Shown one piece after another: positions 46,627 through 49,030 of a stretch of 49,030 bases of DNA. A model generated the notes under the pieces. It searched no databases and was not told the DNA's origin. It was given only the letters and a program-made list of their open reading frames with translations. The translations under genes and the position numbers were made by a program. The stretch comes from Candidatus Xenobia bacterium (GTDB lineage: Bacteria > Vulcanimicrobiota > Xenobia > Xenobiales > QWHO01), in the NCBI GenBank assembly GCA_045863235.1, contig BTUM01000059.1:1-49030 (forward strand). The letters are read 5' to 3'. Positions within the stretch are counted from its first letter, which is position 1. Every line of letters begins with the position of its first letter.

Positions 46627-47289
46627 ATGCGCTTGCTGGAAACTTCCCTGTTAGCCGAGAACCAGGCCCTGGCCCGCCAGAACGTGGATCTTGCCCTGGC
46701 GCTGGAAGACTGCGAAGCCTGCTCGGCCGATTTGCGTCGTCGTCTCGAGCTCTCGGAGGAAGAGCGAGCGCGAGGGACATTTCAAGTGCGCCGTCTCGAG
46801 CTCGAGCTGCGCACCGCCATCTCCAAGCTGGCCGAGCTGCGCAGTGAATTGCGTCAGGCCCAGAGCTACCGGGACGCTCTGAAGGCGCTGCTGGCCGATC
46901 GGGTCGCCTGGTCTCCCCCGGATCCCGCCGAGGACGAACCGGACGGCGCTACCCCGGGCGAGGTTTACTGCCAGGTGCTGCAGGAAGTGCTCGGCCCACC
47001 GGGCCGCTCGCTTGTGGAGGAGCTCTTTCGCCGCTGCCAGGTGGACCTCAGAAGCACCCGTGCGGAGGAAGTGGCCCGCGTGACCGAACGTCTGCAGCCG
47101 GTGGCGGTTCGGCTGGCCCGCAGCCCGGACCAGGTGGAGCGAGTCAAGCTGGGCCTCAACCGATGCAGAAAGAGGATGCACCTGCACCGGCAGGCCAGCT
47201 CGCCGTTGCAGGGGGCGCCGTCCACCAGTCGAGAAGGCAAAAAGCTCGCCCCGCAAGGCGAGCTTCTTGCTCAACCAGACTCGCTCTGA
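46627..47289 (+). CDS. hypothetical coiled-coil protein
   Basis: SD GGAGAG; heptad-rich N-terminal half. Confidence 0.65.
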   Translation: MRLLETSLLAENQALARQNVDLALALEDCEACSADLRRRLELSEEERARGTFQVRRLELELRTAISKLAELRSELRQAQSYRDALKALLADRVAWSPPDPAEDEPDGATPGEVYCQVLQEVLGPPGRSLVEELFRRCQVDLRSTRAEEVARVTERLQPVAVRLARSPDQVERVKLGLNRCRKRMHLHRQASSPLQGAPSTSREGKKLAPQGELLAQPDSL

Positions 47290-47401
47290 GCCCAGGAGCG
47301 CAGCCAGTTTTTCCGGCTGCGCGACCCAAGAGCCAGGAAGTCCGGGCGACGACAACATCCTGTGGTGTCGGAGGGAACCTCCGCCAGCACAGCGGAGACT
47401 T

Positions 47402-47884
47402 CTAGCCGAAGGCAGCGCCCATCAGACCGCCGGCGATGGCACCCGCCATCGGCCCGCCGCCAATTGCGCCGGCCAGGAAGCCGAGGGCAGCGCCCTTGAT
47501 GGCGCCGGTGACGGCACCCGCTCCACCCACGGCCACGGCCCCGATGGCGGCGCCGGCCAGAGCGCCCTTCCCCTCACCGGCGGCTGCGCCGGCCACGGCG
47601 CCCATCACGCCGCCCACGACGGCGCCGATGATCCCGTGCACCGCGGCGCCCACGCCCGCGGTGGCCAGGACCCCGCCGCCGGAAATGGCCAGAGTGATGG
47701 CTCCACCGATGGCACCGGTGGCGGCCCGGGTGAGGACTCGTCCCGGGCTGTAGTAGCTGGGCTTGCTGTCCGAGCTGGAGCTCAGTGAAAGATTGTCGGA
47801 GATGCTCTTGCCCAGGCTGGAGAGGCTGGGGGCGGCGGCGCTGGTGGCGCGGGTGTAGCTGGGAGCGCTGGTGGTGATGGTCAT
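47402..47884 (-). CDS. glycine-zipper membrane protein with Ser/Thr-rich N-terminus
   Basis: Repeated GAIGG/GAVVGG/GAAIG motifs. ATG at 47884 after SD AAGGGG. Confidence 0.8.
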   Translation of the reverse strand: MTITTSAPSYTRATSAAAPSLSSLGKSISDNLSLSSSSDSKPSYYSPGRVLTRAATGAIGGAITLAISGGGVLATAGVGAAVHGIIGAVVGGVMGAVAGAAAGEGKGALAGAAIGAVAVGGAGAVTGAIKGAALGFLAGAIGGGPMAGAIAGGLMGAAFG

Positions 47885-48054
47885 TGGTGGGGTCCCCTTT
47901 CGCAAGCTATGTTCTGTTTGTGCCGGCATCATACTCACCAGCGCGAGAAGCACAACAGACAGTGTTTGCCCTTTTGTTAGCCAGTTGTTGCCGCCTCGCC
48001 GGCCTTTCAGGGTTTTTTGGGAGGAACCGATCTGGCGAACAAGAAGCCGGCTCC

Positions 48055-48435
48055 ATGCGAACCGTGCTGGTGATCGACGACGAGGACGACATCCGCGAGG
48101 TCGCCCAGGTCAGCCTGGAGGCCCTGGGGGGTTGGAACGTCCTGACCGCCTCCTCGGGCATCCAGGGAATCGAACGGGCGGCTTCCGACCAGCCTGACGC
48201 CATCTTGCTGGACGTGATGATGCCCGGAATGGATGGGCCTACCACCTTTCAGAAGCTCCAGGCGGAGGAAGGGACCCGAGCCATCCCCGTCATCTTTCTG
48301 ACCGCCAAAGTACAGGCTGCCGATCGGCAGCGCTTCGCCGACCTGGGCGTTGCCGGGGTCATCGCCAAGCCATTTGACCCGATGACCCTCGCAGGGGACA
48401 TCGCCGCCCTGCTCAAGTGGCCGGACGGACCATAG
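48055..48435 (+). CDS. single-domain response regulator (CheY-like receiver)
   Basis: VLVIDDE, LLDVMMPGMDG, FLTAK and IAKPFDP motifs. Confidence 0.93.
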   Translation: MRTVLVIDDEDDIREVAQVSLEALGGWNVLTASSGIQGIERAASDQPDAILLDVMMPGMDGPTTFQKLQAEEGTRAIPVIFLTAKVQAADRQRFADLGVAGVIAKPFDPMTLAGDIAALLKWPDGP

Positions 48436-48503
48436 CTCGGGCAGGGAAATCTGCTCACGAAGGCTAAGTTCTGCTGAACGGGATTGCCGTCGGAGGTCTG
48501 CTT

Positions 48504-49030
48504 TTGCCCGATTCGCCCCACAGACCCGGTTCGGGGGAGTCGCCCGATTCAGGCGCTCTGCCCGGGGCATCCGGCTCGGAAAGGAAACCACGGCGGTCCA
48601 GCCTCGACCCCCTGGGACTGGGGGGGGCCAGCGAGCCTCCACACCCAAGAGGCCCCGCCCTCGACCCGCTCGGCCTGAGCAAGCCCCCCCTGGATCCGCT
48701 GGCTCTGGCCAACCAGCTGCTGGCGGCGGCCGAGGGCCCCCCGGCCCCCGCTCCTCCGCCCCCGCAGCGTCCGCCCCGTACGGGCTCTCTTGACCCGCTT
48801 GGCCTGGGCAAACAGCCGCTCGAGCCGAGACCGCCCGACCAGAACATCACCCAGCGCATGCAGGCCATCCCGCAGCTACCCGCAGCGCCGCGAGTCGACG
48901 CGGGCACCACCCAGCGCATGCAGCTCCCCGAACTTCCCGCCGCCCCGCCACCTGACGCGGCGCGCCCTGCGCCAAGCCCCCAGGTCCCAACGCCCGATGC
49001 TGGCACCACTCGGCGCATGCAGCTCCCCGA
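48504..49030 (+). CDS. proline-rich repeat protein, partial (runs off window)
   Basis: SD GGAGGT before TTG at 48504. Open frame with LDPLGL repeats and TTQRMQLP-type repeats. Confidence 0.7.
   Translation, partial: MPDSPHRPGSGESPDSGALPGASGSERKPRRSSLDPLGLGGASEPPHPRGPALDPLGLSKPPLDPLALANQLLAAAEGPPAPAPPPPQRPPRTGSLDPLGLGKQPLEPRPPDQNITQRMQAIPQLPAAPRVDAGTTQRMQLPELPAAPPPDAARPAPSPQVPTPDAGTTRRMQLP

Overview
GC-rich bacterial chromosomal window with about 45 genes. The lineage is not determinable from the sequence alone. Housekeeping and accessory genes include a Phd-VapC toxin-antitoxin pair, a GNAT-luxE-luxC/PaaK fatty-acyl reductase operon without luciferase, a giant coiled-coil protein, a divergent CarF-like desaturase/PlsC acyltransferase pair, uppP, an amidase, tatD, a tubulin-like/AAA-ATPase fusion, hisS, a clostripain-family protease, dinB, a MEMO1-family protein, ATP-grasp and transglutaminase genes, and a response regulator. 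The standout is the ~1.3 kb gene-free interval 27570-28860. A near-consensus sigma70 promoter there drives five diverged tandem copies (205-258 nt period) of a highly structured RNA unit, with covarying hairpins and up to three H-type pseudoknots per unit, and an intrinsic terminator closes it. It looks like a stand-alone multimeric ncRNA array that I cannot assign to any RNA family I know.
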